Notes: generated by a model not told the origin, from the sequence alone. Positions 39,126 through 49,848 are shown, counted from the first letter of the stretch. The stretch is 64,000 nucleotides of DNA from Opitutaceae bacterium (GCA_051252375.1 JBPOFY010000002.1:320001-384000), one strand, 5' to 3'. Made by a program: numbers and translations.

Positions 39126-40742
39126 TCATGGTCTGCCCAACAACCGATTCATTGATTTCAGTAACTCTTTGGGACGATAAGGCTTTGTAATAAAGTCATC
39201 GACCCCAGCATCCGCGGCTCTCACAGAGTTGACTTCACCAGCGAAAGCAGTGAGCGCAATGATTATTACTGGGGCTCTATCAGCATCTAATTTCTCCCAC
39301 TCTCTGATTTGCTTCGTCGCGGTAATGCCATCCATAACAGGCATTCGAATGTCCATGAGCACTAGATCAAAATGATCTCTTTTCACCTCATCCACCGCGA
39401 GCTGACCATTCTCAACCAAAGTGTTGGCAATTCCCCTACGGTTTAGGATTTTAAGTATTAGTTGCTGATTCACCTCATTATCTTCGACCACCAGAATATG
39501 CTTACCGACCAAGGAAGGATACTGCGATCCATCATCTGTCATTAGACTCGAAACTTCGTCTAACTCAGTATCTTCGATTCGCCCAAAAGCAAGTGTTGCC
39601 GTGAAGCTAGAACCTTCACCGACTTCGCTGATCACACTGAGTTCGCCTCCCATTTGGCACGCGAGCCGACTCGAAATTGCCAGACCTAAACCTGCGCCAC
39701 CATAGCTTAATGAAATGTCACCATGCGCTTGTGTAAATGAGTCGAAAATAACCTCTACTTGATCCGCCTCAATGCCGATGCCAGTATCTGCAACTACAAC
39801 GCTAAGATACGCTCTGTCATCAGATAGACCCTCGTCGTGAATCGAAACAGTCACGCCGCCGGTCTCGGTAAACTTAATCGCATTAAAGATTAAATTCGTC
39901 AGTATTTGTGCCACACGCGAACTATCGCCTATTACAATACTAGGCACGTTGTCCGAAATATTCAGCTTTAGATATAGACCCTTCGCTTCAGCACGCATCG
40001 TGAGCAGCTTCACGACTCTCCCAGCCACGTCGTGAATGCTCATTTCGGTTTCTCGAAGGCTCAGCTTTCCTGCTTCGATTCGTGACAAATCAAGAATGTC
40101 ATTGATCAATGCGAGCAACACCTGGGAAGACTCCTGCGCCACTTCCAGATCCTCTTTCTGGTCCGCAGTTAAGTCCGACTCCATAATAAGATCAAGCATG
40201 CCCACTATACCGTTGAGCGGGGTGCGAATTTCGTGCGACATATTCGCTAAAAATTCGCTCTTTAAATTATTCGCAGCATCAGCTTTATCTTTTTCACCAG
40301 CTACCCGTAACGACTCTGCTATTTCACGCTCAAGGCTTTCTTGAGTTTTCCTCAGGTCTTCATGGCTGGGTATTTTCATCGCAGCGGGCAAACACCATAT
40401 AAGTGCAACCGCAGTAGCCACTGAAATGATTCCTGTGATAGCGAGCACCACACCTTGGGCGACGTAGAACGGCTGCCATACCGTAACTATCATCATCACG
40501 TGCGAGATCGCACACGATACAATGAATGAGGCAAATAGCACGAATACCGGCTTAAAGAGTAGATCTTTCCGTTTGCGGATGAACCAGATCAGCAAAAACG
40601 GAATGATCAAATACGAGACTGCTATCAACGCATTGGATATAACATGTAACCACAAAATATCGTCTCGCCAGAGATAACAATGCCCATGAGGCATAAATGA
40701 GTTGTTACAAAAATCGGCAAATAATTCGGATATTCCAGTCAT
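39126..40742 (-). CDS. Hybrid histidine kinase with an ethylene-receptor-like 3-TM input domain
   Basis: FMPHGHCYLW..SNALIAVSYLIIP..FIVSCAISH..TGIIS input domain; MSHEIRTPLNG; REC domain DLVLMDIRMPVMDG. Confidence 0.9.
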   Translation of the reverse strand: MTGISELFADFCNNSFMPHGHCYLWRDDILWLHVISNALIAVSYLIIPFLLIWFIRKRKDLLFKPVFVLFASFIVSCAISHVMMIVTVWQPFYVAQGVVLAITGIISVATAVALIWCLPAAMKIPSHEDLRKTQESLEREIAESLRVAGEKDKADAANNLKSEFLANMSHEIRTPLNGIVGMLDLIMESDLTADQKEDLEVAQESSQVLLALINDILDLSRIEAGKLSLRETEMSIHDVAGRVVKLLTMRAEAKGLYLKLNISDNVPSIVIGDSSRVAQILTNLIFNAIKFTETGGVTVSIHDEGLSDDRAYLSVVVADTGIGIEADQVEVIFDSFTQAHGDISLSYGGAGLGLAISSRLACQMGGELSVISEVGEGSSFTATLAFGRIEDTELDEVSSLMTDDGSQYPSLVGKHILVVEDNEVNQQLILKILNRRGIANTLVENGQLAVDEVKRDHFDLVLMDIRMPVMDGITATKQIREWEKLDADRAPVIIIALTAFAGEVNSVRAADAGVDDFITKPYRPKELLKSMNRLLGRP

Positions 40743-40931
40743 ATAAAGATCGTGGTGTTATGCCCCCCCCACAACGAATGAGGTAATGCTTGGACATATT
40801 TTGAGTCAAGCCCACAAGAGGCATAGCATTCGATAGATTCGACTGAAGAACGGTTGATGAGCGCCACGAATCTTAAGCTTGTGATCCGCGATATGGATTA
40901 CATGATGCGCCAGAGCCTAACCCAGAAACAT

Positions 40932-41369
40932 ATGAGCAAACAAACGACAAAATCGGCGAAAAAGAAAGATGATTCGAAACGATACAAACAAGGAGCTATA
41001 CTCGCGATCATCAGCCTCGTCCTCTTTGTCTTGATCGAAGCCTGGGGCTACTACGCAGTCAAAACGATCAAAGCAGACTTCTTAGCCTACCAGTATTTTC
41101 GCTTCTTACTCGAACTACCGATGCTCTTCTTTTTCTATATGGGGCATAAATGGGCGCTCTGGCTGATACGAATTGGATTCATCATGGCGACCCCTGCTGC
41201 CGCCTTTCTCTGTGTGCTCCTTATTCACAAAAATGTGTATATGCATATCGTATGGAGTGCACCCATCCCCGTCATCCTCAGTGTGGCTGGTTGCTGGATC
41301 CTGTTTGGAGCGGAAACGTTCACGCTCCACTTTAAGCATAAACGCCACGCGCGTAGCATCTACGACTAG
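40932..41369 (+). CDS. Hypothetical 4-TM membrane protein
   Basis: Hydrophobic helices. Start is uncertain (ORF open from 40854). Confidence 0.6.
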   Translation: MSKQTTKSAKKKDDSKRYKQGAILAIISLVLFVLIEAWGYYAVKTIKADFLAYQYFRFLLELPMLFFFYMGHKWALWLIRIGFIMATPAAAFLCVLLIHKNVYMHIVWSAPIPVILSVAGCWILFGAETFTLHFKHKRHARSIYD

Positions 41370-41462
41370 TCTGCAAAGCAGCGAACTCTTGGCGGCGATT
41401 GCGTAATGCACCTTCATTGAGGCGGATGTGACGTAAATCTCAGTGGGCAAACTCTAAACCAG

Positions 41463-42548
41463 TCAGGACCGATCCGCCATCTTTCGGATACACTGAAAGA
41501 GACCTAAGAAATTATCCTGAAAATCGTAGAACTTAAGTTGTTGTGCGATCTGTTCCACTTCTTCGTCCCCCAACACACGCGTTAAACCATATTGAATAGG
41601 TGACTGCGCGACGGCACGCATAATTGGCAGTAAGTCTTCAGTTCTTTCTGAAAGAGCAGGTAGCCTGACAACATTAGGGTTAAAGCGCGAGTAGAGCTCT
41701 CGATTCAGCTCCACAGGCTCGAGTTCTAACCCCGTATCACAACCTTCGAGGGCAATGATCCGCAGGCATGCCGCTATCTCCTTGAAATTACGTATCAACT
41801 GCTCTGTCACATGGGGTTCCAGTCGTTCGATACTGCGCAGTACCAAAGTTCCTCCACGCGCACGTTCCAACTCTTCGCCCCACTGACCATCCTGCGTAAA
41901 CAAGTCCTTCCCTGCTTCCCTGTTCAGTTCATCTCCACACTGAAACACAACACAACTCCCTCGCCGACAGAGACCGTATTTATGCAGTAGGCGCGCAATC
42001 TCGAGCTTACCGACCCCATCTGCGCCCTCGATAAGTATGGGAGCTTCTTCCATCAATAAACTAGTCAGTGCTTTCCTCACCCGACGAATCGACTCACTCT
42101 CTCCCAGAAGGATCGGACACTCAACCATCCTATCTTCAAATTCATGGCTATCGATGCAATCTAACCCCGCGCAATCATTGCTCAAAGCATCCTTCAGGGT
42201 TTCAATCAGGCGACTCACCTGAAAAGGTTTAGTGACGACATCTAGAATATTTTGGTCACGGGTAAAGTCTCTAACTGTATCATCAGGGAATCCAGTAATA
42301 ATCATGAACTGCACGCTCGGATTTATTAGAATAATCCGCTTCGCAATATCGATCCCGTCAATGGGCTCCATCTTGTAATCTGTAACCACTACAGAATGAC
42401 GTTTCTCTTCATAAAGCAGCAAGGCTTCGTTCCCATCGACTGCGAGGTCCACCTCACAATTCAATGCGTCGCAGACGATAGAGAGGAGCTCTAAATCGAC
42501 TAGACTATCGTCGATAATCAAGACGCTATGCTTTATAGTAGCACTCAC
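41463..42548 (-). CDS. Response regulator with a degenerate sigma-54-activator-like AAA+ domain
   Basis: REC domain (IIDD, TDYKM, KP), LLGESE, GADGVGK, ARGGTL and LPALSERTEDL. No GAFTGA and no HTH. Confidence 0.8.
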   Translation of the reverse strand: MSATIKHSVLIIDDSLVDLELLSIVCDALNCEVDLAVDGNEALLLYEEKRHSVVVTDYKMEPIDGIDIAKRIILINPSVQFMIITGFPDDTVRDFTRDQNILDVVTKPFQVSRLIETLKDALSNDCAGLDCIDSHEFEDRMVECPILLGESESIRRVRKALTSLLMEEAPILIEGADGVGKLEIARLLHKYGLCRRGSCVVFQCGDELNREAGKDLFTQDGQWGEELERARGGTLVLRSIERLEPHVTEQLIRNFKEIAACLRIIALEGCDTGLELEPVELNRELYSRFNPNVVRLPALSERTEDLLPIMRAVAQSPIQYGLTRVLGDEEVEQIAQQLKFYDFQDNFLGLFQCIRKMADRS

Positions 42549-42721
42549 GATTAACAGGAAGTGGAGACAACTTATGATGAAATCATGTCACCAACTGTCA
42601 ACGGATTATACGTCAGTTGAATGCGCTTAACAGGCTCCTCATCTGCAAACGGCTACCTTCTTATAACATTCCGAACGTGTGCAACACGCTCCTCCAGCAA
42701 AGAGTCAAAACCAAGACCGAA

Positions 42722-43195
42722 TCACCATTGTGCAGCACAGTTCTGGTGAAGTTTCTCGTAGGCGCGCGACCACTCGGGGCGTTCCACTTGTCCGGAGTAA
42801 ATCGCCATGGCGATGTGTTGAATTTCCGATTCTCCCAATGAGACTGGAGCCTTCAGCCCATAATGATCAAGCTCTAAGGACATGAGGCTTTTGTGCTGCT
42901 CTGGAGTCGTCACGAAATCTGTAACAGCCGCGACGAAGGCGGCTGGCTCTGGATACTTTTGCAAATAGTGTGCACGCACACCCCAAAGCGGCGGCGCCAG
43001 CATGGCATCCAAACTGCGTTGCTCGATTCCGTGGCAGACATGGCAATGCGTCTGCATGAGCTGCATGCCCTGTCGAATCGCCTCAACCGGAAAGGCATCC
43101 GCCGTCTCAATATCGCGCCCCTTCTTGCAAGCTGAAAGGAGCCCGACGTAGAGCAACAGCATGAATAACAATGATACAGGATAACGAGTAGGCAT
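42722..43195 (-). CDS. Monoheme c-type cytochrome lipoprotein
   Basis: Lipobox LSAC; CHVCH; LAPPL..VRAHY. Confidence 0.8.
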   Translation of the reverse strand: MPTRYPVSLLFMLLLYVGLLSACKKGRDIETADAFPVEAIRQGMQLMQTHCHVCHGIEQRSLDAMLAPPLWGVRAHYLQKYPEPAAFVAAVTDFVTTPEQHKSLMSLELDHYGLKAPVSLGESEIQHIAMAIYSGQVERPEWSRAYEKLHQNCAAQW

Positions 43196-43378
43196 TTCTT
43201 AATGCGAGAGGAACAAGGAAAGCTGTATATATAAAAAATCGAGCAAACACACAAGTTCGATATCGACCGCTATTAAACTAGTAGTGCCGCTAACCGAATT
43301 CTGCACCTGAAATAGCTGAAGAATTGATTCAACTAACGGCGGCAAAATAGAAACTGCCCCCTTGCCAAGAGATGACTT

Positions 43379-43867
43379 ATGACTATCCTCAAAGATGTTA
43401 TGAAAAACGCTACCCCTGCAATACTTGGCAGCTTGCTGCTTTCCGGGATCATGTTAATGACGCCCGTTTCAGGAAAGGTCACCACCGAGACAAATACCAA
43501 AGAAGCACTTTGGACCGAAGCTGATATCGAAGCCCGTCTCAAAACGATCACCGTTGAGGATTTCAAGATCGAGAAAGTCCCCTTATCTCAGGCACTGGTT
43601 CACCTCGACAACGTGCTAGAACCGCACGGCTTACAAATAAAATTCAGACCTACAAAAGAAAAGGACCCAGTAGTCCAACTGAAGACAAGAAATCTAACTA
43701 TGGCACGGAATCTGAGTTTCTTGAGCCAACAAGTTGGCTATGACTGGTGGGTCGAGGATGGCGTCATCATCGTAGCAACTCCCGGCAGTGGCGATGCCCT
43801 GGTCACCGAGTTCATTCCAGTCAAATCAACCACTGTTCGCCGCCTAACATACTCCCAAGGGTTTTAA
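43379..43867 (+). CDS. Small secreted STN/secretin-N-domain-like protein
   Basis: Signal peptide; VPLSQALVHL...VQLKTRNLTM..NLSFL...WWVEDGVIIV. Confidence 0.6.
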   Translation: MTILKDVMKNATPAILGSLLLSGIMLMTPVSGKVTTETNTKEALWTEADIEARLKTITVEDFKIEKVPLSQALVHLDNVLEPHGLQIKFRPTKEKDPVVQLKTRNLTMARNLSFLSQQVGYDWWVEDGVIIVATPGSGDALVTEFIPVKSTTVRRLTYSQGF

Positions 43868-43936
43868 TCGTAGAACATTGACTGTAAATGAATGATGCGA
43901 GTTGACGATTTGTATGCTCGCTGACATAGAAGCAGC

Positions 43937-45127
43937 ATGCATTATCGTCGCTTCGGTCGCACAAATATAGATCTATCTGTTTTCAGCTTTGGCGGGATGC
44001 GCTTGCCTCGTGGTTGGGAGAAGGGGATAACTCCGGACCAACTGACCACGAAGGATCGCGACGCAATCTGCGCTACACTGGATCGCAGTTTTGAGCTCGG
44101 GATCAACCACGTTGAGACCGCATCTGGTTATGTTAATTCCGAGCAATGGCTAGGCTTTGCATTGAACCCACATCCGCGTGAAAGCTACTACCTGCAAACC
44201 AAGGTCGCGCCAAACGCAGACCCGAAGAAGTTTGAGCAAGAATTAGAAAACTCCTGTCGCCTAATGAAGGCCGACTATATCGACTTGTTTGGTTTTCATG
44301 GGATTAACGTGCAAGAAGAGCTCGACTGGACACTGCGTCCCGGTGGTTGTATGGAAGTTGCCCGCCGCTGGCAAAAAGAAGGTCGCATCCGAAATATCGG
44401 TTTCTCCACACACGCCTCCTGCGATCTCATCATCAAAGCAATCGAAACCGGTGAGTTCGATTATGTGAATTTGCATTGGTATTTCATCAATCAGACGAAT
44501 TGGGCAGCAGTTGAAGCGGCGACCAAGCAAGACATGGGCGTCTTCATCATCAGTCCGTCAGACAAGGGCGGTCAGCTTTTCAAAGCACCTCAAAAGCTAA
44601 CAGACGTCTGCGCCCCACTCCACCCGATCACTTTCAATGATCTCTTCTGCTTGCGCCAAAAGGAAGTGCACACGCTCAGCCTCGGCGCCTCATGCCTGAC
44701 AGACTACGATGAGCACATGGAAGCACTGAAGTATTATGACCGGATCGACGCGACTATCAGTCCGATCGAGGCACGTATCTACGAGACGATGGTGAACGCA
44801 CTCGGTGCCGACTGGTGGCCTAGCTATATCGAAGGTCTGCCATGGTATTCAAAGGTTCCCGGCGAGCTAAACCTACCCTACATCTTGCGTCTCTGGAGTC
44901 TCGCCAAGGGGATGGATATGGTCGATTACGGCAAATACCGCTACGGTATGATCGAAGGTGGCGATGGAGGTCACTGGATGGGCGGGAAGCCCGCACTGAA
45001 CTTCGACGAGGCTGCCATCCGCGATGTGATTGCCACGCACCCACATCGCGATCGGATACCTGATATTCTGCGTGAAGCCCATCTGCTGCTGACAGGTGAG
45101 AAACAAGAGCGCCTTAGCACCGATTAA
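43937..45127 (+). CDS. Aldo/keto reductase
   Basis: YRRFGRT..SVFSFGGMR, ETASGY, LQTKV and IGFSTH motifs. Confidence 0.92.
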   Translation: MHYRRFGRTNIDLSVFSFGGMRLPRGWEKGITPDQLTTKDRDAICATLDRSFELGINHVETASGYVNSEQWLGFALNPHPRESYYLQTKVAPNADPKKFEQELENSCRLMKADYIDLFGFHGINVQEELDWTLRPGGCMEVARRWQKEGRIRNIGFSTHASCDLIIKAIETGEFDYVNLHWYFINQTNWAAVEAATKQDMGVFIISPSDKGGQLFKAPQKLTDVCAPLHPITFNDLFCLRQKEVHTLSLGASCLTDYDEHMEALKYYDRIDATISPIEARIYETMVNALGADWWPSYIEGLPWYSKVPGELNLPYILRLWSLAKGMDMVDYGKYRYGMIEGGDGGHWMGGKPALNFDEAAIRDVIATHPHRDRIPDILREAHLLLTGEKQERLSTD

Positions 45128-45177
45128 AAAGAGTCAAAAGTAAGCAGCAGTTGCACGCTTGATCGACGTCACTGCGT

Positions 45178-46029
45178 ATGCAGCATAATGCTTCCCTCCA
45201 CACCGTGTCTAAATACCTACCTATACTTTCCATCCTGCTCGCGCATTTGCTCAGCCCTTCTTCGGTCTTTGCAGATCTCATCAACCTAAAAGGTGCGAAC
45301 GGACAAGTGGCGCGCTTCAACATACAATCGGTGCAGGACGATGGCATCATGGCACAAAGCGAAGGTGCATATACATTTAATCTCATTCAATGGGAGCATC
45401 TCGACTTGGAATGGCTCCAAGAGAATCAATCAGAAATTTGGCAGGACAAACTAAAATTCGATGCGAAGAGGAAGATCGCCTACAAAGACTTTAAATTCGG
45501 ACAAACACGCATTGAAGTGCATTCCCTCATGAATGCTATGAAGGCGAAAAGCGTCCCATCGAGTTGCTTCAATGAAACAGATCCTCGTGCGACATGGGTC
45601 CTCTTTGACCCCAAAACAGCACGTCGATTTGGTCGCTTGATTTATGTAAACGAACGCCTCGTTGAAATCGAAATACACATCAATTTCAATGAATACGTAG
45701 GCATGAAGTCTGAATGGGAGAACCTACAAAAGTTAGCCGCTGAATACCTCTTAAAGCCCGAAGAGAGCAACTACTTCCCGCGAGCATCCGACTGGGAGCG
45801 ATGGAAGACTAAGACTGCCCAAAAAGAGCAAAAGCTACTGACGACCCACCGTTGGAGCGACGAAACGAGAACGGCCGAACTCGGACTACAATTTCAAAAA
45901 TTCGACCTCGGACCAGCCGTCAGCACGACGCACCGTTTAACTGTGTTTGGTGCGGCAGCAAATACTAAGGTAGCGCGTAGCACAGACAGTAATTGGGTCG
46001 TATATAAGACCCAGCAAACGAGCCAGTAA
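45178..46029 (+). CDS. Secreted hypothetical protein
   Basis: 283-aa ORF with a signal peptide, co-oriented between two clear genes. Confidence 0.65.
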   Translation: MQHNASLHTVSKYLPILSILLAHLLSPSSVFADLINLKGANGQVARFNIQSVQDDGIMAQSEGAYTFNLIQWEHLDLEWLQENQSEIWQDKLKFDAKRKIAYKDFKFGQTRIEVHSLMNAMKAKSVPSSCFNETDPRATWVLFDPKTARRFGRLIYVNERLVEIEIHINFNEYVGMKSEWENLQKLAAEYLLKPEESNYFPRASDWERWKTKTAQKEQKLLTTHRWSDETRTAELGLQFQKFDLGPAVSTTHRLTVFGAAANTKVARSTDSNWVVYKTQQTSQ

Positions 46030-46116
46030 CGCGTAGCGATCACGACTATTGAATTTGATAACGGACCACACTAGCCTGCTGCTTTTGCAACCAGAACCAT
46101 ATACGCACCCAATCTC

Positions 46117-47130
46117 ATGAAAGCTATCGGCTATCAAAACTCGCTCCCCATCACCGAATCAAATTCCTTGATCGACATTGAACTCCCCCAGCCGGTGGCG
46201 ACTGGTCGCGACATTCTAGTCAAAGTGGAAGCAATCTCCGTAAATCCGGTCGATACTAAGGTGCGCATGCGAGCCGAAACTGAGGACGGTGGTTATAAAG
46301 TATTGGGTTGGGATGCCAGCGGCACAGTAGAGGCCGTCGGCGACGCAGTGGAGTTCTTTGAGCCCGGGCAGCGTGTCTGGTATGCAGGCGCTTTGGATCG
46401 CCCCGGCACCAACGCCGAATACCATTTGGTGGATGAACGTATCGTCGGCGCAATGCCGGAGCGCATAAGCTTTCCTGCAGCTGCAGCGATGCCTTTGACC
46501 ACCATCACCGCGTGGGAGATGCTCTTCGATCGTCTCGGCTTAAACGCAAACAGCACCGGCACACTGCTGGTGATCGGTGGTGCCGGCGGCGTGGGGTCCA
46601 TGCTCATACAGCTGGCCAAACAATTGACGAAGCTCACCGTGATCGCCACAGCCTCACGCGAAGCGACCATTGATTGGGTGCATTCACTCGGTGCCGACCA
46701 TGTGATCAACCACCGCGAGCCCATGCTAGCGCAACTCAAGGCACTCGACATCGAATCCGTCGATCACATCGCCAGCACAACGCACTCCGACATACATTTG
46801 CCCGCCATCATTGAGATCATCGCCCCGCAAGGTTCGCTCTGCCTCATCGATGATCCAAAAAGTTTTGATATACTCCCATTCAAGTTAAAGAGCGTGAGCA
46901 TTCATTGGGAACTGATGTTTACGCGCTCACTCTTCAAAACCGAAGACATGATCAAACAGCGCGACTTACTCAATAAAGTCGCTACCATGGTCGATGAAGG
47001 GAAACTAGAGACCACTATTGCGGAAACCTTTGGCAGCATCAATGCCGACAATCTCAAACGCGCCCACGCCCTACTCGAGTCCGGCAAGTCCATGGGTAAG
47101 ATTGTGCTCGCAGGTTTCGAAGAGGCATAA
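46117..47130 (+). CDS. Zinc-binding alcohol dehydrogenase family / quinone oxidoreductase (MDR)
   Basis: SVNPVDTK, LGWDASG, GGAGGVG and HWELMFTR motifs. Confidence 0.93.
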   Translation: MKAIGYQNSLPITESNSLIDIELPQPVATGRDILVKVEAISVNPVDTKVRMRAETEDGGYKVLGWDASGTVEAVGDAVEFFEPGQRVWYAGALDRPGTNAEYHLVDERIVGAMPERISFPAAAAMPLTTITAWEMLFDRLGLNANSTGTLLVIGGAGGVGSMLIQLAKQLTKLTVIATASREATIDWVHSLGADHVINHREPMLAQLKALDIESVDHIASTTHSDIHLPAIIEIIAPQGSLCLIDDPKSFDILPFKLKSVSIHWELMFTRSLFKTEDMIKQRDLLNKVATMVDEGKLETTIAETFGSINADNLKRAHALLESGKSMGKIVLAGFEEA

Positions 47131-47267
47131 ATTTACAGGCCTATTTGGAACAATTCAGTCTCAACGAGAAGTCTAACTAATCGCCCATCCCAAGGCTCCC
47201 CAGCGACAATTACGATACGTCTAAATTGTCCGATCAAGATAGTAACTGTATCCAGCGTATTGGATAG

Positions 47268-48134
47268 TTATCGATGCGATTTATAAAACTTACCCAGCGG
47301 CGTCAAACTGCCATCCTTACGAAAAAGAGCTGAAGTGCCCAAAGCGGCATTACTTTCACCAGCAGGAAACCAGCAATAACGCTCTACGTAATCGAGCTCA
47401 TCAAGTCGAGGCAGCACTTCTTGCATAAAGCGCAAAACCTTTTGCGGAGAATGCCTATTCTCAGCAGCCGATTTGGCATTCCAATCTCCCACGGCAAATT
47501 CAGTAATCCAAATGGGTTTACCATACATTTGATGCACTTTCTTTACTCGCTGAATCAAACTATCCGCGTTAGGGCCACCATACCAATGCATGGTGACAAA
47601 ATCCACGCGCAGATTTTGCTCATTCGCTTTACGCATGAATTCCTGCATCCACTCATTGTCGGGATGCACCGCTCCGGGGCTACCTAGACGCAAGCCGGTC
47701 TTCATTAGATGTGGCCATGCTTTCAATGCGCGTTCCACCGACATATTCGACTGACTCTTCTGATCGGGCTCATTAAAGCCCAGCAAATGCTTTGTTTGCC
47801 CACGGCTCTTTTGCAGCGCCAGGTCATCCATCAGCTTCAAGAAACCATCAGACGCACCCCAAAAGCCCCAAATCATCGGCACAAACTCGACACCGTCCGG
47901 CTCTGGCTCGGGCAACTTACCTGCCCATGAATAATGCCAGCTCACATCAAATTGGTCGACCCTCGCCTTCCACTTGTCCGCGTTGCCTTTCTTCGTCGTG
48001 AGACAAATCCCTTTCTTCGAGACGTAGAAACGGCTCGTCTTCGGGTATTTCTGAGCAGAGGTCTGCCCGCAAAGCCCAAGGGTAAATCCCACAAGGACAA
48101 AAAACAGGGTAAGGATAATCGAAAATTTTTTCAT
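47268..48134 (-). CDS. GH128-family (beta-1,3-glucanase-like) glycoside hydrolase
   Basis: WHYSW, FVPMIWG, GFNEPD, HWY, WITEFA and VERYCWF motifs. Confidence 0.88.
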   Translation of the reverse strand: MKKFSIILTLFFVLVGFTLGLCGQTSAQKYPKTSRFYVSKKGICLTTKKGNADKWKARVDQFDVSWHYSWAGKLPEPEPDGVEFVPMIWGFWGASDGFLKLMDDLALQKSRGQTKHLLGFNEPDQKSQSNMSVERALKAWPHLMKTGLRLGSPGAVHPDNEWMQEFMRKANEQNLRVDFVTMHWYGGPNADSLIQRVKKVHQMYGKPIWITEFAVGDWNAKSAAENRHSPQKVLRFMQEVLPRLDELDYVERYCWFPAGESNAALGTSALFRKDGSLTPLGKFYKSHR

Positions 48135-48246
48135 GTATGCCTATAATATACACTATATTATTAGGTATATATACAGCTAACTTGCGCCGCCGACAGAAAT
48201 TGCTAAACCTTGGAACAATGCACCCCAAGATTCAGTCCATTAAACA

Positions 48247-48996
48247 GTGAAACCTCTATTTTCCTATTGCTGCCTGCTTTTTGCACTGTCTCTCCCGCTT
48301 CAGGCCGAGCTACCATTTTCCGCAGGCGACCGTTTCACATATGACCTACATTGGAGCTTTATTAAAGTCGGCAAGGCTGAGCTGAACTTCGCAGAGAGCA
48401 CCCTCCCCACGGTAGACCAGCCACTCATCCTCGCTTCGTTCACGGTTCGCACCAGTGGCATCGCTGATAAATTATTTAAAGTCCGCGACAAGATCGAGAC
48501 ATGGATCGAGCCAAGCACGGGGCGACCACTCCTCTACAAAAAAGAACAACGAGAGGGAAAGACCGAGCGAGATATCGAAGTCGTATTCGACTGGGAAAGC
48601 ATGACCGCCAGCTACACGAAGAACGGTGAAACCTACGACCCACTCCCCATCACCTTAGAAACGCGCGACCCACTCTCACTGATCGTCGCCATCGCAGGCA
48701 CGAAATTCACGAAAGACAAAACACATTCGCTCGCTGCGACCGATGGCAAACGCCTCGTCTCGATCGATATCTTACGAAAAAAAGACAGGAAACTAAAACT
48801 CAAGGCTGGCAAATTCACTGCGCAGCATTTCGAAGTCGCCACCAACGAGCTACAAGGTGTTTTCGAGAAAAGCCCCGATGCCAGCATCGAACTCTGGCTG
48901 AGCCAAGACACCCCCGCTATGCCTCTAAAAATGAAGAGTGAAGTCGCCGTGGGCAGTTTCTACGGGATACTACGTTCTTACTCTGTTAAGAAGTAG
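48247..48996 (+). CDS. DUF3108 family secreted protein
   Basis: YDLHWSFIKVG, FKVRD, RDPLS, AGKF and LWLS motifs. Confidence 0.8.
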   Translation: MKPLFSYCCLLFALSLPLQAELPFSAGDRFTYDLHWSFIKVGKAELNFAESTLPTVDQPLILASFTVRTSGIADKLFKVRDKIETWIEPSTGRPLLYKKEQREGKTERDIEVVFDWESMTASYTKNGETYDPLPITLETRDPLSLIVAIAGTKFTKDKTHSLAATDGKRLVSIDILRKKDRKLKLKAGKFTAQHFEVATNELQGVFEKSPDASIELWLSQDTPAMPLKMKSEVAVGSFYGILRSYSVKK

Positions 48997-49006
48997 GAAT
49001 GAACGT

Positions 49007-49219
49007 TTAATAATGCGGCGGCTTTTCATCTGCCGGCATGCTGTCCCCAGCGCCACCTTCGGCGAGCGCCTCAAGTTGTAGCTTTTGAGTCTGAAAAGCA
49101 GTGAGCAGCACATCGACCCGCTTGGAAAGGCGATAGATCTCAGTATCTTGCTCAGCCACATGCTGCTCGATTTTGTTTAGGCGCTCTTCAAGAGCTTCTA
49201 TGGAAGATTTTTCTGACAT
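49007..49219 (-). CDS. slyX: SlyX family protein
   Basis: Short coiled coil ending DEKPPHY. Confidence 0.92.
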   Translation of the reverse strand: MSEKSSIEALEERLNKIEQHVAEQDTEIYRLSKRVDVLLTAFQTQKLQLEALAEGGAGDSMPADEKPPHY

Positions 49220-49377
49220 CTCGATAAAACTGTCCTACTACCAGATATCAGTCGATCTTCAATATATGTAAAGCACGTGTAAAATAGTTACAAAATAGAT
49301 GTTAAAGAGGGCTGCCTTGGAGCTAATATCCCGAGTATCATTGCAAAAATAGCGGTTCTTAGACTAGAAATTACGTA

Positions 49378-49848
49378 ATGAAGATCGAAAAACAACGCAG
49401 CCAAAAAGGCTTCTCACTGGTCGAAATGATCGTGGGGATCTTCGTGATGTCAGTGGTCATCACGGGAGGACTCATCGGTCTAACTCAAGCAAATCTCTTG
49501 AGCGAAAAAGCCAGCGAACAAGCTATGGCCGATTTCCTACTTCGCGTCGAAGCAGAGCGCATGCGATCGATGGACTGGTCCGAAGTCACCACACTCGCCG
49601 ATACGATCATTGCATACGAAAAGAAACACAACGGAGATCGTTACAATACTCTGCAATCAATGAGCGACGACGATTTGAGCGATGCAAACATGACTGCCGA
49701 AATTAAAACCGCAGACCTCAACTCCGGCGGTATTGTTGGAAAACAAATTTTTCACGTCACCCTGAACTGGGAAGATAAAACAGGCAAAGATCACTCGGAA
49801 AGCCGCGTGCTTGTCATTACAGAAGGAGGCTTCAGTGCAGATAGTTAA
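49378..49848 (+). CDS. Prepilin-type N-methylation protein (PilV/GspI-like)
   Basis: QKG|FSLVEM followed by a hydrophobic helix. Confidence 0.9.
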   Translation: MKIEKQRSQKGFSLVEMIVGIFVMSVVITGGLIGLTQANLLSEKASEQAMADFLLRVEAERMRSMDWSEVTTLADTIIAYEKKHNGDRYNTLQSMSDDDLSDANMTAEIKTADLNSGGIVGKQIFHVTLNWEDKTGKDHSESRVLVITEGGFSADS

